64,000 nucleotides of DNA from Tubulanus polymorphus (taxonomy: Eukaryota; Animalia; Nemertea), in contig NC_134027.1 in assembly GCF_964204645.1 (NCBI RefSeq), positions 13,176,485 through 13,240,484 on the forward strand, in the 5' to 3' direction. The translations under genes were made by a program, and so were the position numbers. Position 1 is the first letter of the stretch; each line of letters opens with the position of its first letter. Positions 1-11,362 of this stretch are shown here, one piece after another. The notes below the pieces were generated by a model. That model did no database searches and was not told where the DNA came from. It saw nothing but the letters and a program-made list of their open reading frames with translations.

Positions 1-2
1 AA

Positions 3-227
3 ATTGATTATTATACTGGTAATAAATATGCATTATGGTTAGATTTTAGAACAACTGAAGATAACTTATTACATGGTTCTGGAAAAAAACTACAAAATAC
101 AAAAGATGGAATACAATTATTCATGAAAAAGAATAAAGGAATCAAAAATTTTAAAATGCACATTTATATTATATCTGACGCGCAATTAAATATTATAAAT
201 TCACAATTAGATAGTATTCAATATTAG
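3..227 (+). CDS. C-terminal part of putative major capsid protein
   Basis: Frame from nt 3 reads IDYYTGNKYALWLDFRTTEDNLLHGSGKK...HIYIISDAQLNI...QY*, nearly identical to the 3' end of the 21716-22962 gene. Confidence 0.65.
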   Translation: MDYYTGNKYALWLDFRTTEDNLLHGSGKKLQNTKDGIQLFMKKNKGIKNFKMHIYIISDAQLNIINSQLDSIQY

Positions 228-257
228 AAATATAAAGTTAAAATTAAGCGTATATAA

Positions 258-1385
258 ATGGGAGGTAAAAAATCTCCTAATACTAAAGAACAATATTTAA
301 GAAATTTATATTACAACCCTGAGAGTTCGGTTGCTTATTCTTCTACTAAAAATATATGGCGTAAAGTAAAACAAGATAAATTAGATAAGATAATCCCACA
401 AAATTTAGTTAAATATAAAGATATAAATGAATTTATGTTAGAACAACCAACGTATACAACACATAAAAAAATTGTTAGAAAATATAAAACTCGTAAAACT
501 ATGGTAAGTTATGTAGATCAACAGTGGCAAGGAGATTTAATTGATATGAAAAATGTTAAGAAAGATAATGATGATTATTGGTGGTTATTGAATATAATTG
601 ATATTTTTAGTCGTTATGTATGGAGCTTCCCACTTTATAGAAAAGATGCTGTACAAACATCAAATGTTTTAAGAAAATTTCTTTCGGATGATAAACTAAA
701 ACCAGAAAAAATACAATTTGATGATGGAAAAGAATTTGATAATTCACTTGTTCATGAACTCTTAGATAATCATAATATTAAATATTTTTCAACAAAATCA
801 GATAAAAAAGCAGCAGTTGTTGAACGATTTAATAGAACATTAAGAACAAGAATGTGGAAATATTTTACGGCAAATAATACTTTTAAATGGATTGATGTTT
901 TACCAAAATTGATAGAAGGATATAATAATTCTTATCATTCTTCTATTGGAATGAAACCTATTGATGCTAGAAAATCTGAAAATGCTGAAATTGTTTGGAA
1001 TAATTTATATGGAGCATTTCTTATAGATGATTTTGGTGAACCTAAATTTAAAGTTGGTCAAAATGTTAGAATTTCTAAGTATAAAAAGATATTTGATAAA
1101 GGATACGATCGAAATTTTACTAGAGAAATATATAAAATAAAAAAGGTAATAACAACAAAACCATATGTCTATAAATTAGAAGATTTAGATGGTGAAGAAG
1201 TTGATGGCTACTTTTACGAAGAAGAATTAAGTTTAACTACTGAAAATCTAGAACAAGAATATAAAATTGAAAAAGTATTAAAAACAAAAACTATTAAAAG
1301 AAAAAAATATTCTTTAGTAAAATGGGTTGGATGGCCAGATAAATTTAATGAATGGATATTATCAAGTAAAATTAAAAATATATAA
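258..1385 (+). CDS. Retroviral-like (rve/DDE) integrase with C-terminal chromodomain, Polinton type; intact
   Basis: WQGDLIDM, IDIFSRY, QFDDGKEF and VERFNRTL motifs; chromo-like LVKWVGWPDKFNEWI. Confidence 0.95.
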   Translation: MGGKKSPNTKEQYLRNLYYNPESSVAYSSTKNIWRKVKQDKLDKIIPQNLVKYKDINEFMLEQPTYTTHKKIVRKYKTRKTMVSYVDQQWQGDLIDMKNVKKDNDDYWWLLNIIDIFSRYVWSFPLYRKDAVQTSNVLRKFLSDDKLKPEKIQFDDGKEFDNSLVHELLDNHNIKYFSTKSDKKAAVVERFNRTLRTRMWKYFTANNTFKWIDVLPKLIEGYNNSYHSSIGMKPIDARKSENAEIVWNNLYGAFLIDDFGEPKFKVGQNVRISKYKKIFDKGYDRNFTREIYKIKKVITTKPYVYKLEDLDGEEVDGYFYEEELSLTTENLEQEYKIEKVLKTKTIKRKKYSLVKWVGWPDKFNEWILSSKIKNI

Positions 1386-1994
1386 ATGAATAAGGAATTA
1401 TTCATATTTGAGCCTCATAATATGTTAATTTCTGGTGTAACAAATTGTGGAAAAACGTATTTTATATTAAATTTATTAGAAACTGTTTACAAAAACTATT
1501 TTGATAATATAGTATTATTTTGTCCAACATATGAATTTAATCAAACTTATGATAGAAATATTACTAGGAATAATAAATTTATTATATTAGATCCTAAAAC
1601 AGTAAAAGAAAATTTAGATAATTGTATTAAAATAGCAATTGATATTTATAAAGGATCAAATACATTATTCATTATAGATGATTGTGCTAATCTACATGAT
1701 TCAAAAGTTAGAGAAAGTGAGTTATGCTATTTAGCTTTCTCTGGGAGACATTTTGGGATAACAACTTGGGTTTTAAATCAAAAATATAATTCAATTGTTA
1801 AAGACTTTAGAGAAAACATTAGATTTCTAGTTTTATTCTACAATAAAGATAGAAAATCAATGAAAAATGCACTTGAGGAAAATGATATTATTCCACATGA
1901 TTTACATAATGAATATATGGATGAGTTGAAAAATATTAAAAGATCAAAATTACTATTTAGATTACAACACCCATTTAAATATGAATTTATTTAA
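1386..1994 (+). CDS. A32/FtsK-like DNA packaging ATPase
   Basis: Walker A GVTNCGKT, Walker B LFIIDD, GRH and LNQ motifs. Confidence 0.9.
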   Translation: MNKELFIFEPHNMLISGVTNCGKTYFILNLLETVYKNYFDNIVLFCPTYEFNQTYDRNITRNNKFIILDPKTVKENLDNCIKIAIDIYKGSNTLFIIDDCANLHDSKVRESELCYLAFSGRHFGITTWVLNQKYNSIVKDFRENIRFLVLFYNKDRKSMKNALEENDIIPHDLHNEYMDELKNIKRSKLLFRLQHPFKYEFI

Positions 1995-1997
1995 ATT

Positions 1998-2246
1998 CAA
2001 CTAGCTTGTTAATCTAGTTGAATTCTAGTTATTGGTAGTTGTAACAAAAATCAAATAGATTTAACAATATTTTAACTAGCTTGTTAATCTAGTTTAATTC
2101 TAGTTACATTCTAATTGAATTCTAGTTGTTAATAGTTGAAACAAAAAATCAACTAAATTTAACAAGAAATAAACAAAAACAACAATATTTCAACTAGCTT
2201 GTTAATCTAGTTGAATTCTAGTTACATTCTAGTTAAATTCTAGTTG
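1998..2246. repeat. Degenerate tandem repeat (CAACTAGCTTGTTAATCTAGTTGAATTCTAGTT-like, about 3 units)
   Basis: Unit recurs near 1998, 2073 and 2191; rich in CTAG. Confidence 0.8.
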
Positions 2247-2279
2247 CAACATCACACAATTAATTTTTTTGTTATATAC

Positions 2280-2885
2280 ATGGTAGGTGAAAAGAAAATA
2301 AAATCTAAAAATGGTGATGTTCCAATTGAAAAAACTTTAGATGATTTAGGAATAACAGAAACAAAATTAACTCCAGATGATGGTGCTTTAAATAATGTTA
2401 CAACAAATAATAATTATGAATATTATCTTTATTGTAAACATCAATTAGAAATATTAATAGCATCTGGAAAATGTAAAAATTTTGTTAGTAAAAATTTAAC
2501 TTATAATGAATTAGACACAATGAAATCAGATGAAATTATTAGATTATTTAAGATTTATGAAGCCGCGAGAACAGCTAGAATTAATGACGCGATATCAGAA
2601 AATGTAGTAAAAGGTTATAGTAAATTATGTAATTATATACTACCAATTGAAAATGAAAATAGATTATATTCCGATTTAAAAAATGACTATTTAGTTATGA
2701 CTGAATTAAATAAATGGATTGGATATTTATCATTTCAATTAGGTGGATTTATGACATTATTATCAACTGGGGTTATAACATTTTCAAATATTGAAAGTAA
2801 AAATATTTCTATAATAAATGAGCGAAGTGAAAGAAGTGAAGGAATTAACTGTGAAGAAAAAACCGAGAACTCAGAAACAAATTGA
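2280..2885 (+). CDS. Conserved hypothetical viral protein with C-terminal hydrophobic segment
   Basis: ATG at 2280; homolog decayed at ~17760-18355 (YSDLKNDYLVMTEL.KW.GY.SFQLG). Confidence 0.7.
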   Translation: MVGEKKIKSKNGDVPIEKTLDDLGITETKLTPDDGALNNVTTNNNYEYYLYCKHQLEILIASGKCKNFVSKNLTYNELDTMKSDEIIRLFKIYEAARTARINDAISENVVKGYSKLCNYILPIENENRLYSDLKNDYLVMTELNKWIGYLSFQLGGFMTLLSTGVITFSNIESKNISIINERSERSEGINCEEKTENSETN

Positions 2886-3186
2886 ATGGTCTCGACAATT
2901 AGGAATTAAATCACAAGAATATAAAAAAGCTGTAAAAGAAAAAATAAGTAATAAAAATGTTAATAAAAATGGTGAAAATATTGTTATTTCTACTCCTTCT
3001 GATAGTAGAATATTTGATAAATATTTATATTTTACAGTTGGATTTGTAATTGTATTCATTTTGATTGGGTGTAATTGGTATAAGAAATCAAATAAAATTC
3101 ATGATATTAGTAATTCTGAACCAACTGCTATCAAAAATGAAAATACTTCTGAAATTCCAAAATTGATAATAAAAAAAATGGATTAA
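2818..3186 (+). CDS. Small single-pass membrane protein
   Basis: KKPRTQKQIEW basic motif and TM segment YLYFTVGFVIVFILIGC; homolog at 18348-18726. Confidence 0.7.
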   Translation: MSEVKEVKELTVKKKPRTQKQIEWSRQLGIKSQEYKKAVKEKISNKNVNKNGENIVISTPSDSRIFDKYLYFTVGFVIVFILIGCNWYKKSNKIHDISNSEPTAIKNENTSEIPKLIIKKMD

Positions 3187-3561
3187 TATTTTAGAAAAAA
3201 AGCAAAAAAAATAATTGAATATCTCACTACTTTTGTCTATCTATGCGGAGCAATTAAATTGTCCAGATAAGTCATTTCGGATTCTAGATATTCATTATTT
3301 TTATTAATTTATTTTGTTTTTATTTGAATATTTGAATTTGAATTTGTTAATCAATTAACATAGTAATTAATTACTAATTTAATTAAAAATTATATCATAA
3401 TTAAGTTAAAAATACATAATTCATTTATCAGTTTTCATTCTTACATTCTTTTCATTCGGAATAATTTATAATTTCAAATTTCACATATTTTTTTAGCACC
3501 AACAACATTTACTTAGGTGTTTTAGCTAAGTATATAAGGTAATTCATTCAACCACTGGAGT

Positions 3562-3850
3562 GCCGCCGGGCTTGGCTTGCAGGGGCATTTCGAAAATGCA
3601 CCTTTGTCCACCCTCCGTGGTTCTCCTTCAGTTTCGACTTTCGATCCTCCTTTCGGGGGTAAGGGGTTGATAGGAAATGCATTAGGCGCCTTTAATATAA
3701 TGTGTTTCCTGTCAACCATTGAAGGAGAATTGGTGAGGTGTGGGTCACAGGGGTGTAAGTAGAAATGCTTGGGGATAGGTATCTCGTGGCGCCTCTCAAT
3801 AACGGGATGCTTATCCCCTAAAAACTCTGCGAGTCAAGTCGGGTGGTTTT
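3562..3850 (+). ncRNA. Putative novel structured non-coding RNA (~285 nt)
   Basis: GC-rich island; hand-folded stems of 22, 20, 17 and 14 bp with many G-U pairs; two loops with GGCGCC; TATATAA at 3531 and TTTT at 3847. Confidence 0.75.
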
Positions 3851-4190
3851 GCTAAAACTTACCGTAAAAACATTGAAATATTCCTTTTAATCACGATAGA
3901 ATGATGACTATCCTCCTGTTGTCACGGTTGAGCTAATTTAAATAAACCTCGTTTTCAGCAACTAATGAAAACGTAGTAATTCAATACCAGCTAACTGGCT
4001 TGTGTGTGTTGTATGTACTGTGTGCTTATTATATAACAACAACGTTGTGCAACACCTGTTTGATTGATCAATATTCAAATGAAGCACTCTCTTACAATAA
4101 TATGTAACAGATGTACTGTATGATTATAGTTGTTTATAAAACGACTAAGGTCATTTTGGATTCTAGATATTCATTATTTTTATTTCTTAT

Positions 4191-4517
4191 TTAATCAACA
4201 ATTTCTAAATCATGATGACCGTCTTCATTTTTCCCATGATATATTATTTTAAATCCTACTAAATCTTTCAATTCCTCCATACTCAATGAAACCCATTTAT
4301 CGGGTAAAAGCACTTTAAATTCTCGTGATGTACTAACATTACAGTAGCTTAAATTAGCTGATACTTTCTCTCCATATTTAGTTTTTATCTTTTCTAATTT
4401 CAATATTTTATGTTCAATTTCTTTTGTAACATCAACTAACTTTTTTATTTCAAATTGTTTTTTTGCTGGTTTTATTCTGTTATTTATTGTTGCTAAGAAT
4501 GCTTTTCTATCCCCCAT
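4191..4517 (-). CDS. Small conserved viral protein (possible OB-fold ssDNA-binding protein)
   Basis: TKYGEKV...FKVLLPD...IIYHGKNEDGHHDLEI; homolog of 27301-27654, which lies downstream of pPolB; the SSB function is inference. Confidence 0.65.
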   Translation of the reverse strand: MGDRKAFLATINNRIKPAKKQFEIKKLVDVTKEIEHKILKLEKIKTKYGEKVSANLSYCNVSTSREFKVLLPDKWVSLSMEELKDLVGFKIIYHGKNEDGHHDLEIVD

Positions 4518-4627
4518 TTATAAGGAAAACAAATTACTTGTGGTGATGAGTGGGATTACTTCCCTTGTATATAACAAGCTCACAGCATCTATTTATCCAA
4601 GTACAGTTAACACACGCGCAGCTGTTG

Positions 4628-4831
4628 TTACGCGCACTCACTGTTTATGTGTGTCACAATTTTACTACGTAATATTTCTAAAATTTCAATTGTATCTTTT
4701 ATTTCTAGTGAATCAATATAATTTCTAACATTTTCCATGTAAGGTTTATCGATGTATTTTTTACAATATTGACAATAATATTGATTTTTATTGACATTAT
4801 TGTTTTCTAGTTGGTGTTCATTCTCCCCCAT
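4628..4831 (-). pseudogene. N-terminal remnant of pPolB
   Basis: YYCQYC...PYMENVRNYIDSL matches PYMEDVRNYINSL in 30968-31654 and the relic at ~36935. Confidence 0.75.
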
Positions 4832-5029
4832 TTATAAGGAAAAAAAATTACTTGTGGTGATGAGTGGTGTCTAGTACTCTCGTACTCTGGCCTGAAACCC
4901 CACTTTTCTAATTACTCTGGTTCTATGGAAATGTCTGCATCAATATTCAAGTACAAATTTACAAATTGAATCAAAACAAGAGATTGAACTTTAATTTCCA
5001 TTGGGAAAATCTTCATTTTTAGTATGTCA

Positions 5030-6250
5030 TTACAAACCAGTATTAAGTAGTACAGATATAATATCTCTTCTCTGTCGCCTATTTACAGATTCTCCTTCCA
5101 TTTCACATAACACTGGTACATTATTCTCCTGCATGTTATGCGAACCCTCTTGCATATAATCCTCAAATTCTCCGTCAGTTAACACGCAAATGTTGTGAAG
5201 TACAAAACAACTACTAATGAAGTTCATCATCCGTTCCATGTCGCTCATATCTATATATTTCAAACGTCGGAATCGGCCTTCTGAAATACCAAAAGTATGT
5301 TCAAGTATGAAGGGGGTAATCACTGCTCAGAGAATACGCAGAATCTCCAAGTAAATGACTGTTAAGAGGAAATGTACTTTCTTGGTTATCAGTACTTTCG
5401 ATTGCATGCCATAAGGGAGAATTTCGAAAAACACGAGAATCATGGGTTGATCAAGGCCAACCAGTATAAACGTCAATAAATTGATATTCACTATCACAGA
5501 TAGCACATACGTTTATCGAATAAAACTTTTTTCGATTGATGTATGCTTCTGGACTCTTGACTGGTGCCTTTATTGGTATGTGCGTGCCGTCCACAGCGCC
5601 TAAAACTTTCGGGAATCCTTGAAGTCCTTCGAAACCCGCAAATATTTCTTTCGCATGTTCCAATGATGGCCACTTTATAACCTTTGGCATGACATGTCTA
5701 ACCACACAGGCAGATACCTTACCTGAAAAAGAAAATACAACAAATGATAAACAATTATAAATTTTCCATCAAAACTAGTTTCAAACGACTCACCGATAAT
5801 TTTATGCACGGATGCTTCACACACGCCAAACATGTCAGCAATATGCATGAGTGTTGCCTGTGTTCATGCATAATATAAGTAAACAAGTGGTTGTTTTTCC
5901 ACGGGTATATTTCGTGTACCACTTTCGATGATGTACGGTCCAACATACTCCAAAACCCTATCAAATGTTTCACGAGTCATTCTAAAACGTAGCCTAAAGT
6001 CCTCTGGCAGATATCTACTTACTGTAACGTCACAGTAATTTGTAATCCGATTTACAGTTCTCCTCTTTTTGTGTTTAACACTCTCAAAAACATTTATCAG
6101 AACACAAGCTGGGGTCGATGACGAACGTTTTAGAAGCGTATTTTGATAACGGTTTGAACGAATACTGCTATTGGTCACAGAACGAACAGAGGAAGACAAT
6201 TCAGCTATCGACAAAACGCAGATGATTTTCTTCTCGCTATCATCGGCCAT
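5030..6250 (-). pseudogene. PIF/Harbinger (HARBI1-like) DDE transposase, intron-containing and degraded
   Basis: FRMTRETF, VLGAVDGTHIPI, YINRKKFYSINV, FIDVYTGWP, LLGDSAY, EHTFG, CFVLHNIC motifs. Confidence 0.9.
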
Positions 6251-6630
6251 TTTGAATACCCCAAACAGTAAACCGTCCCATTTGTTCACACTACGGCAAA
6301 CCGGTTTGTGACGTAATAAACCGAAATAAACCAGTTTGTGCAAACCGCTTTCAAACAAATGCGCCTCGGATAATCCGGAGATTCCGGTGAAATAGAGTAC
6401 AATCGGAGAACGACTGTGCTATCACTTAATAGACTGGTTGCTGAGCCTAGACTGGTTGCCTGTTAATGCTATGCTGAACGTGTATCTTCTTAACCGCACG
6501 GCTCCACTCCGCAACTAAACCACCTCGCCAGAATGGAGAGTCCGGAGATATCCGTATGATCACGTGATCGATAAAAGAGTGAAATTGGAGACATCCGGAC
6601 GCGTCCGGATAGATAATAGAGTCGGCCCTA

Positions 6631-6900
6631 GCGCTACTAAAATAATTATGGGAAAGCCATCAATGGCGAACGTTTCATTGAACTAGGTGCCGTATATGTG
6701 CGAATTCTTAATGCTCATTGCTGGTGAGAATATAATTATTTCACATATCGCCATAGGTATTGTTTCACTTTAATACCCGGTGATTGTGTTGATTGAGATT
6801 GAAGTGAAGCGAACGTTCACTATACAAGGCCTCCACGTGCGCGGGAGTGCTAAACATTAGACTGTTGCACGCACAAAAACACGCTCATACAGACTACTAT
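6631..6900. repeat. Dispersed repeat; inverted copy at ~34610-34878
   Basis: GCGCTACTAAAATAATTATGGGAAAGCCAT...CAAGGCCTCCACGTGCGCG recurs as its reverse complement at 34.6-34.9 kb. Confidence 0.8.
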
Positions 6901-7548
6901 ATGGTGATGCTGTAACGCTGCTTGGCGTGTGCACGTTCGGTATGATAAAAGGCTGAATAATAATCGTCGTAGCAGAATATGAGCGCGGCAGTTTTGCACA
7001 TCAATGTTTGCCTCCACGAGCGCTTTCATGAAGGTATTCACCACGGTTTCGCCAGGGCATTGATGACGTATCCCGGCCCATCACACACTCCAGTGTGTAC
7101 ACAAATAGATACACTGTGTACATGTGTGCACTCATTGAAGATCTCAGTTGAAAGTTACGATTAAAACACCCCTGCTGAGCTGCCAGTGGGGTATTTACCA
7201 ACTCACTATGTAAAACATATCCAAATAACTGCTGATGTGGCATAATGCTGCCGTTTAGAACTGTTATTGGACTTCAAGTGATGAAAACTCTATGAATAGC
7301 AGCAGTAACACGTATTGCAGTGGGCCGAACTACGTCACAGCCGAGAGAAAAGCGTCTGCTACGTGGAGAAAATGGTGACGGCCAGGCACTCTACAAAAGT
7401 CTATTTTCTGATAAAGTATTTGGTAAAATTTTTTCTGCTATTTTGAAAATGTATTTATAAAGGTTTCTAACACGTAAAGATACAACATTTTTTCACTGCA
7501 GTTCCTCTTTAAGTATTACGAAAGGTCTGAGATTGCAGGGCACCGCTA

Positions 7549-8172
7549 ATGATATATATGAAGCATGACATACGTAAAAACGTTGATCAATTCTATCACC
7601 TATGGTACACGGAGGCAGTAGAGAAAATCGATGTGCAGCCCAAAATGCCACGGACCTGTAAACAGCAGACAATGAGAAACAACGTTGGTGCAGATAGCAT
7701 TGAAGAATATTACCGACGATCATATTCTGGGCTGTTGATTTATCCAGCTGTTATCGTCAACAAGTAACCCGATTTGGCGAACGACACACATGATCTCGTC
7801 GGATTTTACAAGCGTGATCTTCCAGTTTATAGTAATGTTAGGACGGAGCTGCTACGATGGAAGCTGCACTGGATAAAGCATGTTAGTTCAGACAGGTCAG
7901 CAGAAGAGGCTAGAAACCTACTGACATGGCCCAGGTAGAGAAAGAAACAACTAAAGCTGTCATGGTGCGATAAGTCCCTGACGTACCTGCCACACTTGCA
8001 AGTGCTCTGAAAAAAAATGTAACGAAGAGGAATATCCGAACATTCTTCTGAGAATATTAGTCACTATACCTGTCACTTCGTGCGAGACTGACATGCATTG
8101 GCGCTTTTCAGACACTGAAGAATTGGATGCACACGAAAATGACGGAAGAACGTCTTAATGGACTATCTCTGC
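7549..8172 (+). pseudogene. hAT transposase relic (PRKRIR/ZMYM1-like C-terminal dimerization region)
   Basis: MPRTCKQQTMRNNV..EEYYRR; EEYPNI.LRILVTIPVTSCE...MTEERLNGLSL. Confidence 0.8.
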
Positions 8173-9492
8173 AAGGAAGCAGAAACGCAGACTCGAGTTT
8201 GCTAATATCTTACTTGACTAAAACGGACCTGAATACATGTAATTGCACATTCAAAGTCTAAACGCGTTTAAATTCCCATGTTCAAGTGTGAAAAGGCCTT
8301 ACATTACGTGCGCGCTGGTTTTCCCAAAGTAATGAAGTGAAAGTTGTGAAAATCACTATTTAAATTGGGAGTTAAATCGCACTCTGATCGTGCCCGAACG
8401 CTTCTCCACGCGTCTAATTTAAAAATTAGCCAATCACAGCGAGCCATTGGCAAAATAGCATTAACACTAGGAATAATGCCGAATTGGCAAAATATCACCT
8501 TACCTGTAATACAATTATCGGCAAAATGATGATGTCCATGCGTAAAAGCGCTCAAATCGTCAGGAAAAGCTTTTTTCGATCGGAAAACGTCGTTCGGCGC
8601 GAGAAAAGACGTCTCCACATCACATTTTTCCCGTGTCGAAAAAATGACAGTGTCGTTGCGTAAAAAGGCTCAAATCATCAGGAAAAGCACATTTCGGCCC
8701 GAAAACGTCGTTCAGTGGGGAGGGTGTCCCATTATTTACTATACAAAGAACTGCCTGTCATTTTCAAACCGCTTGAGATAAATCAGCCAAACCTTCAGGA
8801 AAGATAGACTACAATTTACTACTTTTCTCCCCCCCCCAAAAAAAACTTTATTAAAATAGCGTACAAAATATGCTAGGTGGGAGAACATTTCAATTTTATC
8901 ACATGATTCAGTTTATTGTTGAAATTTCTCAGTACATTGCAAGTCATCAGATGTTGCTCTTTCAATCATCAATAATTTCTGGTTTGTTTTGGCACACTGG
9001 GTCCTTCAGCCAGCCCCACAAGTAATAAAAGTCCATTGGATTTAGGTCAGGCGAGTATGGAGCTCAGTCGTTTACAGTGTGGACCGCTGAGATTCTGTCA
9101 CCAAAATGCCTATGCAGACCATCATTTGTTTTGCGTGCTGTAAGACATTGCACACCATGCTGTTAGAACCACACTGGATTGAGACTTCCTCAAGACATCT
9201 ATGAAGTTTTGTAATGGAGTAGTGAATATGCATCTTATAATAGCCGGCTCCGATCATAAGGATTCTTAACCCCAAAATCTATGGTTCAGACTGACAGAAA
9301 GATTTGGTTTCCTAATACTGTGAACCATCTAGGCTTTTTGTTTCAGAGACATAGACATGATTAAACAGTGATCTAATTTAAGGCAGAATTAAAAAAATCA
9401 CTACAACAATGTAATCAGTTGCTAGGAAATTACTAAGCAAATTACCATAGCAACCACGATAATCATCAAAGATTACCGTTACATTCCATCAT

Positions 9493-10613
9493 TTGGTGGA
9501 AAATCTAAATATTTCATTAAGAAATGTGGAGGATACTGTAGTGTTTGTATACATATTTACTAGGCCCAAGTCTAAGTCGGGTAAAACTGGAAAGTTTGTG
9601 AGGACTCTACGAAACAATGATGCAAGCGACGATGATTATACATTTACAGTTAGTGATAACGTAAACAACATCGGTGAAAGCTCGTGTTGCACTGATGTAA
9701 TTATAGGTAATGTCCGTACCACAGTGTTAGTGGATAGCGGTGCTACATGCAATGTCATCGATGAAGAAACGTGGAAAATGTTAAAATCGAAAAAGGTTGT
9801 GTGCTCCAAGCAGGTCAAAGGTAGTTTCAAATTGTATACCTACGGTATTGAAAAATCGATACCGACGATCGGTAAATTTTGGGCAACGGTCCAAGTAGGC
9901 AATGCATCTGTTGAAGATGTACCGTTTGTTGTCGTAGCTGGCAATGGGCGACCATTGCTCGGCAAAATAACGTCCGAGAAGTTAGGAATTTTAAAAGTAG
10001 GACCTGCCTGTGTAAACAATCTTGTGAGTGGAACAGTGGAATCCGAATTTCCGGAACTGTTTACCGGCCTAGGTAAACTGAAGGGTTACCAAGCCCGCGT
10101 ACATGTTGATAAGTCAGTTACTCCGGTCGCGCAAAAAGCGAGACGTATACCATTTTCTCTGCGAGATAAATTAGAGAGAAAGTTGGCCGATATGGAGGAG
10201 ATGGATATATTGGAAAAAGTCGATGGTCCAACGACATGGGCTAGTCCGATTGTAGTCGCACCGAAAAAGGGCGGCGATATTCGAGTTTGCTTAGATATGC
10301 GTGAAGCAAACGAAGCAATTAAACGAGAAATGTTTCAAATCCCAACCGCTGATGAGATCATAGAGGAAATGAACGGTAGCACAGTGTTCAGTAAATAGAC
10401 CTCAAATGGGGTTTTCATCAGATCGAACTTGATGAAGAATCGCGAGATATTACCACATTCGTCACTCATTGTGGAACTTATCGTTATGAAAGTTTAATGT
10501 TCGGTATCTCCTGTGCGCCTGAACTGTATCAAAGAATAATATCTCAGGTGATCTCCGGTATTAAAGGTGCGAGAAACATTCCAGATGACATAATCATACA
10601 TGCGGTCAACGAT
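9493..10613 (+). pseudogene. Ty3/Gypsy pol, part 1 (aspartic protease and RT N-terminal half)
   Basis: LVDSGAT protease; WASPIVVAPKKGGDIRVCLDMR, DLKWGFHQI, LMFGISCAPE, PDDIII; breaks at the Polinton-type terminus at 10614. Confidence 0.9.
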
Positions 10614-11244
10614 AGTAATAGGGATAATAGGCTTTCAGGCCAAAGGTCGAAGGGTCGAGCCCGTAAAAAATGAAAATAACAATAATTTACAGTTGAATTA
10701 GTCGCGCACACTCCTAATTCAACTGGAAATGAACATAATTTACATGAATTTCATATATTTTAAAATCATTTATACGTTAATTACAAAAGTGTGAGTAAAG
10801 TGTGAGTAATAATTCATATTTTAACAGATTTCGAGTAAAAATATAAGTAAAATAAATGGATAACTAAAAGAGTATAAAAGTGTGAGTAAAGTGTGAGTGA
10901 AAAAGTTTATATTTTAAACATATTTCAATATTTATATTTGTATGAGTTAGATTTTTAAACGTTAAAAGTGTCAGTAAGGTGTGATTGAAATAATTCATAT
11001 TTAAAACATTGAATATTTATATTTGAATGAGTTTTAATAAAAATTTTGTTATAAAAATGAAGAAAGAAGAAGAAGAACCCAACTTTAAAATCGAAATCAA
11101 TGAAACCAATAAATCATTTTCACAGTTTAACATTAAAAATTATATTTCAGCAACAAATTTAGTGTCCGCAAGACATTATAAAATTGAAAATATTACTGTA
11201 ATTAATCAAATATTATCAAATGAAACATATTTATATGAAACATT

Positions 11245-11362
11245 ACAGTTAAAGCTATTGTTTTTTTATTTAAATCTTTTTGATTTCTATTCGCGCTATT
11301 GGTTAACAAGAATTGACTAGAAATCAAAAAGATTTAAATAAAGAAACAATAGCTTTAACTGT
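11245..11362. repeat. 45-bp near-perfect inverted repeat (hairpin)
   Basis: ACAGTTAAAGCTATTG...GATTTCTA / TAGAAATC...CAATAGCTTTAACTGT with a ~28-nt spacer. Confidence 0.85.

Larger units (their letters stand above)
1..4866. mobile_element. Polinton/Maverick-like endogenous viral element 1 (partial: left part outside the window, pPolB largely deleted, right side followed by a Harbinger relic)
   Basis: Capsid C-terminus, integrase, packaging ATPase and four small ORFs all have homologs in element 2 (14858-32065); very AT-rich; no TIR visible. Confidence 0.85.

Noticed and set aside
3522-3762. Two short ORFs over the GC-rich island
   Set aside because: No protein motifs, composition unlike the viral genes, no TAAATG start; better explained by RNA structure
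3562-3850. SRP (7SL) RNA, because of the GCCGGGC start and ~300-nt length
   Set aside because: No Alu-domain sequence or SRP54-binding helix motif recognisable; the multibranch fold differs
11027-11320. Independent gene
   Set aside because: It is the TIR-borne duplicate of the 5' part of 13169-13819, running into a hairpin
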